From Deltaproteobacteria bacterium (GTDB taxonomy: Bacteria; Desulfobacterota; Syntrophia; Syntrophales; Smithellaceae), in contig JAKLES010000001.1 of the NCBI GenBank assembly GCA_022711575.1, positions 1 through 58,487 of the forward strand: 58,487 bases of DNA, in the 5' to 3' direction. Below are positions 27,606-36,308 of the stretch, piece after piece. The position numbers were made by a program, and so were the translations under genes. Positions within the stretch are counted from its first letter, which is position 1, and each line of letters opens with the position of its first letter. Under the pieces are notes generated by a model that did not search any database, was not told where the DNA came from, and saw nothing but the letters and a program-made list of their open reading frames with translations.

Positions 27606-28040
27606 TCAGAAAGCGCCGAGCTGGCAGGGCTTGACTTTTATCTGGAGATTCTCGCAAGCAGCACAAACGTCCAGGCGCTTGACGCCCAGTTTATCAGCGA
27701 TTGTCCATGCGGCAACACAAGAAAGCCGGTTATTGACCAGCGCGGTGCGGATGGCGGCTTCCAGATCTGGTGCGACAGTCGCAGCGGCGGGCACGCGCTT
27801 TTGCTTGCCGTCAAAACCAAAAAGCCCCAGCTGGCATTGAACGATATTGAAATTGAGCAGGTCAATGCCCACACCGATCTCGCTAAGCGGCACGTTCGTT
27901 TTTTGAGCTATTTTTTCCGCCGCCTTGCAGGCGATATTGTTGTCTTTGACCTGTTTGAGAATTTCCTGCTTCAGGTCCTCTGCCACCTTTGTGCCTTCCG
28001 GATGTTTCTTGAAATATTTTCCTTTGTCCTGATGTGCCAT
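27606..28040 (-). CDS. Uncharacterised 144-aa protein built from two HTH-like repeats, each ending in CQLG(L/A)F
   Basis: GAGGAT RBS and an ATG start. Repeat 1 is IACKAAEKIAQKTNVPLSEIGVGIDLLNFNIVQCQLGLF. Repeat 2 is LSCVAAWTIADKLGVKRLDVCAACENLQIKVKPCQLGAF. I cannot assign a family. Confidence 0.6.
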   Translation of the reverse strand: MAHQDKGKYFKKHPEGTKVAEDLKQEILKQVKDNNIACKAAEKIAQKTNVPLSEIGVGIDLLNFNIVQCQLGLFGFDGKQKRVPAAATVAPDLEAAIRTALVNNRLSCVAAWTIADKLGVKRLDVCAACENLQIKVKPCQLGAF

Positions 28041-28152
28041 AGTCTTATCCTCATCCTTATAAAATCAATAATTTAAAAGTAACGGCCTTTTCTATTCGAA
28101 GAATAACGCGACGACGAAGCCAGCAAGTTTATTCGATGAATGCGAAAGGTTG

Positions 28153-28608
28153 TCAGTATTTCATGTAGTGAAACGGCTCAATCGCTGATAGGGCTTCCGT
28201 GTCCAGGGTCTTAAATCCGTTCTTCTCCAGGAGTTTTTCCGTTTTTTCGATCTGGTCCACGTCAACCACAAAGACAGCTTTTTCCGAGCATTCCAGAACG
28301 AAGCCGCAGGCATTGTTGATATTGATGCCCTCCCGATACAGAAGCTGCATCAATTTATCCAATCCACCCGGCTTATCAGGAATCAGCACGGCCAAAACGT
28401 TCTTCAGGTTTACCGTCATGCCGGCTTCTGTCAGCGCCTTTTCGGCCCGCTTCGGATCATCGACAATCATATTGATCACCCCGAACGTATCAGACGTCGA
28501 TATTGTTGTCGCCCGGATGCTAATTTTTGCCTTGGCCAGAACACTTGTTACATTCGCAAGTTTTCCCGGTTTATCTTCCGCGAACACGGATAGCTGATAA
28601 GCAATCAT
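28153..28608 (-). CDS. Tandem ACT domain protein
   Basis: Two ACT-like beta-alpha-beta-beta-alpha-beta units (SVFAEDKPGKLANV..., AVLIPDKPGGLDKL...). This is a typical partner of PaaK-type ligases. Confidence 0.8.
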   Translation of the reverse strand: MIAYQLSVFAEDKPGKLANVTSVLAKAKISIRATTISTSDTFGVINMIVDDPKRAEKALTEAGMTVNLKNVLAVLIPDKPGGLDKLMQLLYREGININNACGFVLECSEKAVFVVDVDQIEKTEKLLEKNGFKTLDTEALSAIEPFHYMKY

Positions 28609-28792
28609 CTTTTTCTCCCCAGTTAATCATGTTAGATATGGAACTTGAAATTTCCTACAATTCTTCATAACATCGCAAAATATTTTAGGGGTAAGGCATG
28701 CGAGCCACGTGAAGAGAGGACTACTTGGTGTATGACGTAGCGACATGGGACAACGCGCAAAGCAGCCCATAAACATTTTCCGGTGTTATTAC

Positions 28793-30091
28793 TTAGTCTT
28801 TACGGTTGTCGATCACCCGAACCGCCTTCCCTTCCCCCTTCGGAATACTGTCCGGTTCCACTAACTCGACCTTAGGCGTAATCAGAAGTTCACCCTTTAA
28901 TTCTTCTACGATCTTTTTCCTGAGGGCTTCCAACTGCCGCAGGTCACCGGAAAAATATTGTTTATGAACTTCTACCTTCACCATCATATCGTCATTGTAC
29001 CCTTGCCGGTTCAGAATGATCAGAAAGTTTGTGCCGACACCCGCGATGTCCATCAGTTTCTTCTCTATCTGCATCGGGAAAATATTCACGCCTTTGAGGA
29101 TCAACATATCGTCCGTCCGACCTTTGAACCTCTCAATCCGTCGGTGCGTGCGGCCGCAGGCGCATTGCCCGGGAATCATCCGGGTCAGATCCTTGGTGCG
29201 GTAGCGAATGAGGGGCATGCCTTCTTTCTGCAATGACGTTAGGACCAGTTCGCCTTCAACACCTTCAGCGACCGGCAGTAACGTTTTCGGGTCAACAATC
29301 TCCACAAGGAAATTGTCTTCCCAGATATGCAAACCTTCCTGGTAGGGGCATTCAAACGCCACACCCGGCCCATTCATCTCCGAAAGACCGTAGGAGTTAA
29401 ACGCTTTGTAGCCATATATCTCTTCAATTTTTTTGCGCATCTTTTCCGTGTGCGGCTCCGCGCCCAGGAAAGCGATTTTCACAGATGTGTCTTTCCGCGG
29501 ATCTAGCTTCAGTTCCTCAAAGACTGTGGAAAGATGCAATGCATAGCTGGGAATGACGTGAACAGCGGTTGTGGCAAAATCACGCATCAATTGAATCTGG
29601 CGTTTGGAGTTGCCGGCGCCCGCGGGAATGACTAGCGCACCTAGCTTTTCCGCCGCGTAATGAAATCCTAAGCCCCCCGTAAAAAGGCCGTAGGTCATCA
29701 TATTCTGAAAGACGTCGCCCTTACGCATCCCTGCCATATACAGACAGCGCGTCAGCATATTTGTCCAGACCGCGATATCTTTTGCGGTATGAAAGACGAC
29801 TGTAGCCCGACCGGTGGTTCCGGATGATGAGTGCATTCGCACCAGATCTTCTTTGGGTACGGCGATAAAGCCATACGGCCAGTTTTCTCGTAAATCGTCT
29901 TTCGTGGTAAAAGGAAACTTCGTAATATCCGAAAGGGATTTCACTGAACTGACCCCAATCCCTTTTTCCTTAAAAGTTTTACCGTAGTAATAAGACTTTT
30001 CAGCTTTGATGAATGTGTCCTGAAGCGTTGTCAATTGCAACGATTCCAGTTTTGACCGATCCATTGTTTCTATATCTTTTTCCCAGTACAT
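28793..30091 (-). CDS. paaK: Phenylacetate--CoA ligase family protein
   Basis: MYWEKDIETM...LQL..L, the AMP-binding core SSGTTGRATVV, and YGLSE / PLIRYRTKDL are typical of PaaK. GGAGG RBS. Confidence 0.9.
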   Translation of the reverse strand: MYWEKDIETMDRSKLESLQLTTLQDTFIKAEKSYYYGKTFKEKGIGVSSVKSLSDITKFPFTTKDDLRENWPYGFIAVPKEDLVRMHSSSGTTGRATVVFHTAKDIAVWTNMLTRCLYMAGMRKGDVFQNMMTYGLFTGGLGFHYAAEKLGALVIPAGAGNSKRQIQLMRDFATTAVHVIPSYALHLSTVFEELKLDPRKDTSVKIAFLGAEPHTEKMRKKIEEIYGYKAFNSYGLSEMNGPGVAFECPYQEGLHIWEDNFLVEIVDPKTLLPVAEGVEGELVLTSLQKEGMPLIRYRTKDLTRMIPGQCACGRTHRRIERFKGRTDDMLILKGVNIFPMQIEKKLMDIAGVGTNFLIILNRQGYNDDMMVKVEVHKQYFSGDLRQLEALRKKIVEELKGELLITPKVELVEPDSIPKGEGKAVRVIDNRKD

Positions 30092-30163
30092 TTAATCCTC
30101 CGGAAAGCAATCATTAAGTCTTTTGTACAGTTCTGCCACTATTTTATCAAGTCAAATTTGGCA

Positions 30164-31051
30164 TCAGGCTTTTACGTAACGTTCATCCTCCGAAACAATT
30201 TTATCCTGTCTTTGTAAATATTCTAAATGCTTACGGACCAGAACTCTTTCGTTGAATTCATACATCTCTTTCGGCTCACGCGGCCTGCCGTAAATCAGCC
30301 AGGCGGCACAGATCTCTGCGATCGTTTTGGGTTTTTCCAGAAATGCCAGCAGCTTATTTTCTCGCTCATAGATAACATTTTCATAATCATCCCAAAGCCT
30401 GCCTGGATTTTCTTCAAATAAACCGGTATCATGCGAAGCAAACCACTTTCGTGCCGGAACAGCCTTGAGCTTGTGGATGGATTTGATGGTTTCATCTATG
30501 TCGGAATATACATCGCCATACCAGGGACCAAAAGATGTCAGATCATAGTCCCCCAGGAAGAGAAGCCCTTCTTCTGGAAAAAAGAAAGATAAATGCCCCG
30601 GCGTGTGGCCGGGCGTCGGCAGAACTTGTACAGTCAGCCCTCCCAAATCAACCGTTGCACCGTCTTCAAGAAAATTCGCCTCGCACCTTGGCCGAAAATT
30701 AAATACTTCCAGTATGATCCTTTTCCAATTGGAGCGTTCTTGAGGAATTTTTATATCATACCAATCCAAGAAGATATTAATGTCTGTAAGCGGCGGAAAA
30801 TCGCGCCTGGAAATCTGTAATGAGTGGTTTTCAAAAAGGTCTATATAGCGGATGTGATCCTCATGCCAGTGCGAAAGCCAGACATAGTCGACACCTTCAT
30901 CTTTCAATCGTGTGAGCTTTTCCAAAGAACAAGCGGGATCGATAATCACCCGCGATCTGTCTCCTTGAAGATACAGTGAATGATTAAAAGGATACTTTCC
31001 ATTGTTGTCCCCGCAAACAAACCGAATGCGTCCGAACTGACGATCTTCCAT
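30164..31051 (-). CDS. MBL-fold metallo-hydrolase
   Basis: The motif WLSHWHEDH (HxHxDH) plus downstream His/Asp ligands (PTPGHTPGH). Confidence 0.8.
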   Translation of the reverse strand: MEDRQFGRIRFVCGDNNGKYPFNHSLYLQGDRSRVIIDPACSLEKLTRLKDEGVDYVWLSHWHEDHIRYIDLFENHSLQISRRDFPPLTDINIFLDWYDIKIPQERSNWKRIILEVFNFRPRCEANFLEDGATVDLGGLTVQVLPTPGHTPGHLSFFFPEEGLLFLGDYDLTSFGPWYGDVYSDIDETIKSIHKLKAVPARKWFASHDTGLFEENPGRLWDDYENVIYERENKLLAFLEKPKTIAEICAAWLIYGRPREPKEMYEFNERVLVRKHLEYLQRQDKIVSEDERYVKA

Positions 31052-31160
31052 AATGTAACTCCCCGGATATTTATAGCTGTATATAGAAAATATCGGACCG
31101 AATTACCACTAGAAATAAGTCTTATGCCATGGCTTAACAGGTTAAATTCTTGAATGGCGG

Positions 31161-31202
31161 AGACAAAAGAAGGTAGCAGGATCTCAAAACCCTGCCACCT
31201 TC
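31161..31202 (-). terminator. Rho-independent terminator of the lipoprotein gene
   Basis: GAAGGTAGCAGG (31169-31180) pairs with CCTGCCACCTTC (31191-31202) at 11 of 12 positions around a 10-nt loop. On the minus strand it is followed by TTTTGTCT. Confidence 0.65.
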
Positions 31203-31235
31203 TCTGCCTGAACCCCTAAAGGTAAAGTTAATAAT

Positions 31236-31559
31236 TTACTTTTTCATTGATTTTTCGAAAACAGCGTCAGCCTTCTTCGCTTTTTCCTCGGCTAGTTTCG
31301 CTCTTTCCTCGGCCTGCTTCGCCCTTTCCTCAGACATCTTTGCAGCATTTTCTGCGCGGGTTGCGGCATCGGCAGCCTTTATCGTGGCCGCCTCGGCTGC
31401 CGCCTTGGCATCCTGTGCTTCCTTGATTGCCTGATCAGCTTTCGCATTCGTCTGCTGTCCCTGCGCCTGTACCTTCTCAAGATCACCGGTTGTTGCACAA
31501 CCCACCAAAGCAATAGCGAATACAAGCATCATTGAAATCACCAAAAGACTCTTCTTCAT
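31236..31559 (-). CDS. OprI/Lpp-like alanine-rich coiled-coil lipoprotein with C-terminal lysine
   Basis: Lipobox IALVGC, then an Ala/Lys/Glu-rich helical region (AKADQAIKEAQDAKAAAEAA...ERAKQAEERAKLAEEKAKKA), ending ...SMKK*. GGAGGTG RBS. Confidence 0.7.
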   Translation of the reverse strand: MKKSLLVISMMLVFAIALVGCATTGDLEKVQAQGQQTNAKADQAIKEAQDAKAAAEAATIKAADAATRAENAAKMSEERAKQAEERAKLAEEKAKKADAVFEKSMKK

Positions 31560-31629
31560 GCTCTAATCACCTCCTTTCTATTTAGTTTACCTTATTTTAA
31601 CGCGGTCTGCTATCATTAATCATTATCGA

Positions 31630-32994
31630 TTAATCCCTGACAGATTCGATCAATACACCTCCTACTTCCAAATCAATTTTCAAGCGTTTGATGGCATCTT
31701 TGGCTTCTCCGAGATTATTGAAAGGGCCGGCGATAACACGATAGCTATCATCATTCTTTGATAACACCCTTGCCGGAATTTGCGGCCCCTGATGATTGAT
31801 AATGGCGGCAAGCCTCTCCGCATTAATCTCGTCACGCAAGTTAGCGGCTAAAACATACCATGCCCCCATTTTCATTTCCGGTATTTCCGGTCTGCCATAC
31901 AATTTTTCCGGGTGCGTGACCTCTATGTCTTCCGCAGATTCTTTTTCACTTCCTTGCCGGATATCGGATAGAGGAACCGGAATCCCCCTGGCCTCGGCAA
32001 GCGTTTCCTTAACTTTTTCCCAGTCAAGGGTGCGCGCTGATTTCTTTTCAATATTTTTCAATTTCGCGTATATCTTGCCTAACTCATCAGTTTCCAGGTT
32101 TTCCATGGGCGCATGAACTTCCATATAAACAACGCCATTACGTTGACCTATGAGATAGGGCTGGTTAACAATGCTCACGGGTGTATGAATCGGCGTTTGT
32201 TCGTAGAGTTTTTTCACGTTTTCCGGATAAAGCCTCAGGCACCCATTGGTTGCTCTGAGGCCGATGCTGGATGGTTTGTTTGTGCCATGCATCAAATAAG
32301 TCGGCTTGCTTAAATATAGCGCATATTCTCCCAAGGGATTAAGAGGTCCCGGCGGAATTTGGCTGGGCAGAGGGTCTCCTTTTTTGCGATGATCTTCAGC
32401 AATGGAGGCAGGCACATGCCAGGTAGGCCGGTACATCTTACGTGCCACATACATTTGACCCATGGGCGAGGGTCGCTCTTCCGTACCGACACCAACAGGG
32501 TAGGTTGACACCGCCTGTAACTTACCCCCTCCTTTAAAATGGAAGAGTCTCATAGAGGCTAAGTTGATCACGATGCCTTTTCGAACAGCGTCCGGCAGAA
32601 TAAAGCTCAAAGGCAACATGATACGCCCTCCGGCTTCAGGCACCCAAACATCGACCCCTGGATTAGCTGCGCTGATTGCATTGATTCCCAAGCTGAAGTG
32701 TCTTGCAATATCCGGCAGGGTATCCCCCTTTTCAAGCCGGACGAACGCCAACCGGCCAATGACATCTTCATCTTTTGCAAACGAAAACTCATTTCGTTCG
32801 AGCTTTTCTTCCGGATAGCTTGGTGTGGGATAGGATTTCACCTGAACCGTTTTCAACACAGCGCATCCATGGAGAGACGCGAAGAATATCAAGAGCACAA
32901 TTAGACGAAGCCCATGGGAGAAGAGCGACCGGTCAATAATTCGATTCAGCGTCATAGAGGTCATCTTGTTTAATGAAGAAGAATTTAAAAACAT
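31630..32994 (-). CDS. L,D-transpeptidase (LysM + YkuD catalytic domain + C-terminal SPOR-like domain)
   Basis: LysM (LEKGDTLPDIARHFSLGINAISAANP), the YkuD motif HGTNKPSSIGLRATNGCLRL, and a C-terminal SPOR-like YVLAANLRDEINAERL...YRVIAGPFNNLGEA. Confidence 0.85.
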   Translation of the reverse strand: MFLNSSSLNKMTSMTLNRIIDRSLFSHGLRLIVLLIFFASLHGCAVLKTVQVKSYPTPSYPEEKLERNEFSFAKDEDVIGRLAFVRLEKGDTLPDIARHFSLGINAISAANPGVDVWVPEAGGRIMLPLSFILPDAVRKGIVINLASMRLFHFKGGGKLQAVSTYPVGVGTEERPSPMGQMYVARKMYRPTWHVPASIAEDHRKKGDPLPSQIPPGPLNPLGEYALYLSKPTYLMHGTNKPSSIGLRATNGCLRLYPENVKKLYEQTPIHTPVSIVNQPYLIGQRNGVVYMEVHAPMENLETDELGKIYAKLKNIEKKSARTLDWEKVKETLAEARGIPVPLSDIRQGSEKESAEDIEVTHPEKLYGRPEIPEMKMGAWYVLAANLRDEINAERLAAIINHQGPQIPARVLSKNDDSYRVIAGPFNNLGEAKDAIKRLKIDLEVGGVLIESVRD

Positions 32995-33082
32995 TTCTCA
33001 GTTAAGCGCTTTCTCCGCCCGCGTCTTCATTGCCGTTGGTTTTTGGATTTGAAGAGAAAACTATCACTGTCTCCGCCTCCTG

Positions 33083-34048
33083 CTATGGCCTTATCTCAAC
33101 AATCGTGCCATTGGGCACTAACTTGTCAATTTCCTCTATCTCTTCGTCTGTAACGGCAATACACCCTTTCGTCCAGTCACGCTCTGCGTGAAGATCACCC
33201 ATCCACGAAAAACCATTTTTAATGCCGTGGATCATGATGTCTCCGCCCGAAGAAACCCCCAATTCCCTGGCTCGTTTTTTGTCTTTCTCGTTCGGATAGG
33301 AAATATGAAGAGATAGGTGATAGCGACTATCCTTGTTTCTTGAATCTATGACATAGGTTCCTTCCGGGGTTTTGTTGTCGCCTTGCCTTTCTTTCGGACC
33401 ATTCGGGTTTCCCCCCAAGGCTATCTTGTACGTCTTGAGCACCTTGTCCTTTGAAATGAGCGTCAATAGTCTTTCTTTCTTTTCTATCAGAATCTTATCC
33501 GCCGGTCCATTCCGGAGCGCAAAAAACTTACTTTTAACCTCTTGTTCAAGCGCTTCAATCTTTTTTTGAAGCACAATAATCTCATTGTCCTTGCTTTTAA
33601 CCTCTCGTTCAAGAGATTCAATCTGTGTTTGCTGTGTAACAATCTGTGAATGCTGCGTAAAAATCTTCTTATCCTTCATAGTGATATTATTGATATATAA
33701 TACCATCATTTCGCTATCCTGCCTGTAGCGACTCTCCGGGTAATCCTTAATGACTTTCTGAAAACAGTCCAGAGATTTCTGGTAATCTTTCTGCTCGTTC
33801 TGAGGATGTGCATAGATAAAGCCCATCTCGAAAAAAACTCTGTCTGCCGCGTTGGGATATTTTTCAACAATCTGCTCATATTTGCTCAAAGACGCCTTGT
33901 AGCTTCCCTGGCTGAAAAGATCATTCGCTTCTTTGACGTTTGACTTGACCTGAAAGTTACTGCAACCGCATAAGAGCATGAGTGTCGTGATGATGCAGAC
34001 AACGAATAAGTAAAGATGCTTTCCTGTACCAGTTTGTCTTTTGCCCAT
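33083..34048 (-). CDS. L,D-transpeptidase-fold lipoprotein with N-terminal TPR and coiled-coil (YafK-like catalytic domain)
   Basis: Lipobox LLCGC, TPR, and an internal repeat IESLEREVKSK / IEALEQEVKSK. C-terminal domain: Y.IALGGNPNGPKERQGDNKTPEGTYVI...IMIHG...DWTKGCIAV. Confidence 0.8.
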   Translation of the reverse strand: MGKRQTGTGKHLYLFVVCIITTLMLLCGCSNFQVKSNVKEANDLFSQGSYKASLSKYEQIVEKYPNAADRVFFEMGFIYAHPQNEQKDYQKSLDCFQKVIKDYPESRYRQDSEMMVLYINNITMKDKKIFTQHSQIVTQQTQIESLEREVKSKDNEIIVLQKKIEALEQEVKSKFFALRNGPADKILIEKKERLLTLISKDKVLKTYKIALGGNPNGPKERQGDNKTPEGTYVIDSRNKDSRYHLSLHISYPNEKDKKRARELGVSSGGDIMIHGIKNGFSWMGDLHAERDWTKGCIAVTDEEIEEIDKLVPNGTIVEIRP

Positions 34049-34222
34049 AATATACCTTTGTGTTTGTTAATATGTAATGACCGCAGAGCCAGTTCGGTTC
34101 CTCTTATTCACAGACTGCGGGACGTTTACCATATTCTGATTCAAAATTCTGCTTTTTTTAATAATCACTGTTTGAAATGCTGGATGGAACGGTACGATTG
34201 GAAATTGATGTAGTTTGTAAAA

Positions 34223-34849
34223 CTATAGCAGATAAAAATCATCTATTTTACATTCCATTTGATCAGCCGGATACGGTTTTAAAATATCCAGAAGCTTTGA
34301 CGCATCTTTGCTTTCCGGATTCAACCAGAGTTCCTGCGCTGTTTTTGGAACAATCACCGGCATGCGGTTGTGGATGGGCGCAACAACATCATTGGCTGAC
34401 GTGGTGATGATCGTGCACGTTTCCAATGGTTTTTTATCGGGGGTAATCCATCGCTCGTAGAGACCGGCAAATGCAAATGGTTTGCCGGATTTCAGGCCAA
34501 AGCAGCAGGGGATTTTTTTATTCCCTTCTTTTTTCAATTCGTAAAATCCTTCGGCTGGAATGAGGCATCTTCTTGTCGCGAAGGCATTTTTAAAACTGGG
34601 TTTCTGTGTAAGTGTCTCGGCGCGGGCATTGATGAGTTTCACACCGATGGATGGGTCTTTCGCCCAGAAAGGAATCAGCCCCCACAAATAAAAAGCCAGC
34701 ACATTCCCATGATCGGAACCGATCACCGCTGGAATATGCTGGCCGGGGCTGACATTCCGGCTGGGAGAAAAGTTGATAGACGTGTCGGGAACATCAAAAT
34801 TCCGCATCATGACCGATAAATCGGTCATCAAAACAAAGCGACCGCACAT
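34223..34849 (-). CDS. SOS response-associated peptidase (SRAP/YedK family, abasic-site crosslinking)
   Basis: N-terminal MCGRF (catalytic Cys2), NARAET and PCCFGL.. motifs; 208 aa. Confidence 0.9.
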   Translation of the reverse strand: MCGRFVLMTDLSVMMRNFDVPDTSINFSPSRNVSPGQHIPAVIGSDHGNVLAFYLWGLIPFWAKDPSIGVKLINARAETLTQKPSFKNAFATRRCLIPAEGFYELKKEGNKKIPCCFGLKSGKPFAFAGLYERWITPDKKPLETCTIITTSANDVVAPIHNRMPVIVPKTAQELWLNPESKDASKLLDILKPYPADQMECKIDDFYLL

Positions 34850-34873
34850 TAGCCATTACTCTCCACGGCAACG

Positions 34874-36025
34874 TTATAGTTTGATTTTGCCTTCCTTCAA
34901 TGTTTTGGTCGGTTTAAATATGTTCAATGGAAATTTTTTGTGAAGCTCGTTAAGTTTGTACACCAGTTCATGATAACCAATGCCCTGCGCCAGTGCAAAT
35001 GGTCCGAAAGGCGAACCACCGCCGTTGGCCATGGCCAGATCAATCTCCTTGGGATCTTCTACGACTCCTTCTTCCAGAAGTTTGGTCGCTTCATTGACTT
35101 GCAAGGCGATCAACTGATTAATGTCGTATTCCTTCGTCGCCTTCGACAGATCAATAGTGGGCCTGCCCTTGGACCAATTATAGAATCCCTTGCCGGTCTT
35201 TTTGCCCAAATTGCCCGATTTCAGATAGGACATCATCGCTTCGGATGGCTTGTAATCTTTGGAAAGCACCTGCGAAAAATACTCAAGGCCGTGTGCGGCT
35301 ATATCAATACCGACATAGTCCATCAACTCGAACGGTGCCATTGCCATAAGAGGCTTAAAGGCCGCGTCAAACTCCTCCGGCGTCGGGTGTCCCGCTTCCA
35401 GAATTTTGGACAGCAAAACCACCGTGGGTTCGTTGATCCGGTTGTAAATAAATCCCGGCGAATCTTTTTTGACGATCACGGGAACCTTCTTGATTTTTTT
35501 GGCAACATCATAACCGACCTGGATGGATTCGTCGGATGTTGCCTTTCCCTTGATCACTTCCACCAATTTCATCAGGATGGCCGGGTTGAAGAAATGATAA
35601 CCAATCACTTTGTCGGGCCGTGTTGTGGCCGAGGCAATATCCGTAATGCTGATATTGGACGTGTTAGACGCAAGAATGGCGTGCTTCGGCGCAAACTTAT
35701 CCAAGTCGGCAAAGACACTCTTCTTGAGTTCCAGCTTTTCCGGCACGGCCTCAATAATGAAATCCGCGTCCCGGACGGCCGTCTGTAAATCAACCATCGG
35801 GGTAAGGCGCACCAACGCATTCGCAAAAGCATCCGGTGTTATTTTGCCTTTCTCCTTGAATTTATCTAAGCTCGCGATGATTCCCGCAACACCCTTATCA
35901 ACATATTTCTGTTCAATATCACGCAGAACAACTTGATAGCCACCCAACAAACAGGAAGCTGCAATTCCGTGTCCCATATCCCCCGCACCGATCATGGTAA
36001 TCTTCTTTACATCTTCTGCTTTCAT
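34874..36025 (-). CDS. 3-hydroxyacyl-CoA dehydrogenase (NAD-binding plus duplicated C-terminal domain)
   Basis: ITMIGAGDMGHGIA Rossmann motif, SNTSNISIT, HFFNPA. ATG at 36025 with GGAGGG upstream. Confidence 0.9.
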   Translation of the reverse strand: MKAEDVKKITMIGAGDMGHGIAASCLLGGYQVVLRDIEQKYVDKGVAGIIASLDKFKEKGKITPDAFANALVRLTPMVDLQTAVRDADFIIEAVPEKLELKKSVFADLDKFAPKHAILASNTSNISITDIASATTRPDKVIGYHFFNPAILMKLVEVIKGKATSDESIQVGYDVAKKIKKVPVIVKKDSPGFIYNRINEPTVVLLSKILEAGHPTPEEFDAAFKPLMAMAPFELMDYVGIDIAAHGLEYFSQVLSKDYKPSEAMMSYLKSGNLGKKTGKGFYNWSKGRPTIDLSKATKEYDINQLIALQVNEATKLLEEGVVEDPKEIDLAMANGGGSPFGPFALAQGIGYHELVYKLNELHKKFPLNIFKPTKTLKEGKIKL

Positions 36026-36164
36026 TTTTCGTTTCCCTCCTGAATGTAATTTAAAAATGTAGGACACTTTTACGACCACCGTGCGGGTGATAAGACTGTC
36101 CCCGACAAGATGGCTGATTTATTCAACACAGTACAGACTTTATTCGGGCAAGTGCCGGCAGTCA

Positions 36165-36263
36165 GATGATAAATTCTCTGCGCGGGAATTTGTCATCTTC
36201 GTAAACCTCCTTTACCGGTCCATGGTCAGGCGCGGGGAGCGGTCCCTTCTGGCCCGCTCCCCG
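36165..36263 (-). other. Two strong stem-loops in the 283-nt spacer between the acyl-CoA dehydrogenase and 3-hydroxyacyl-CoA dehydrogenase genes
   Basis: GATGATAAATTC (36165-36176) pairs with GAATTTGTCATC (36186-36197) at 11 of 12 positions. CGGGGAGCGG (36233-36242) pairs with CCGCTCCCCG (36254-36263) at 10 of 10. Neither hairpin has a U-tract after it. Confidence 0.5.
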
Positions 36264-36308
36264 TAACGGTTGTTTTCAGAGGCTTCCCTTGATTTGTTTC
36301 CCTCGCCG

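Noticed and set aside
34940-35788. A 282-aa plus-strand ORF antisense to the 3-hydroxyacyl-CoA dehydrogenase gene
   Set aside because: It has no recognisable domain and sits entirely inside a well-supported minus-strand CDS. It is an antisense artefact.
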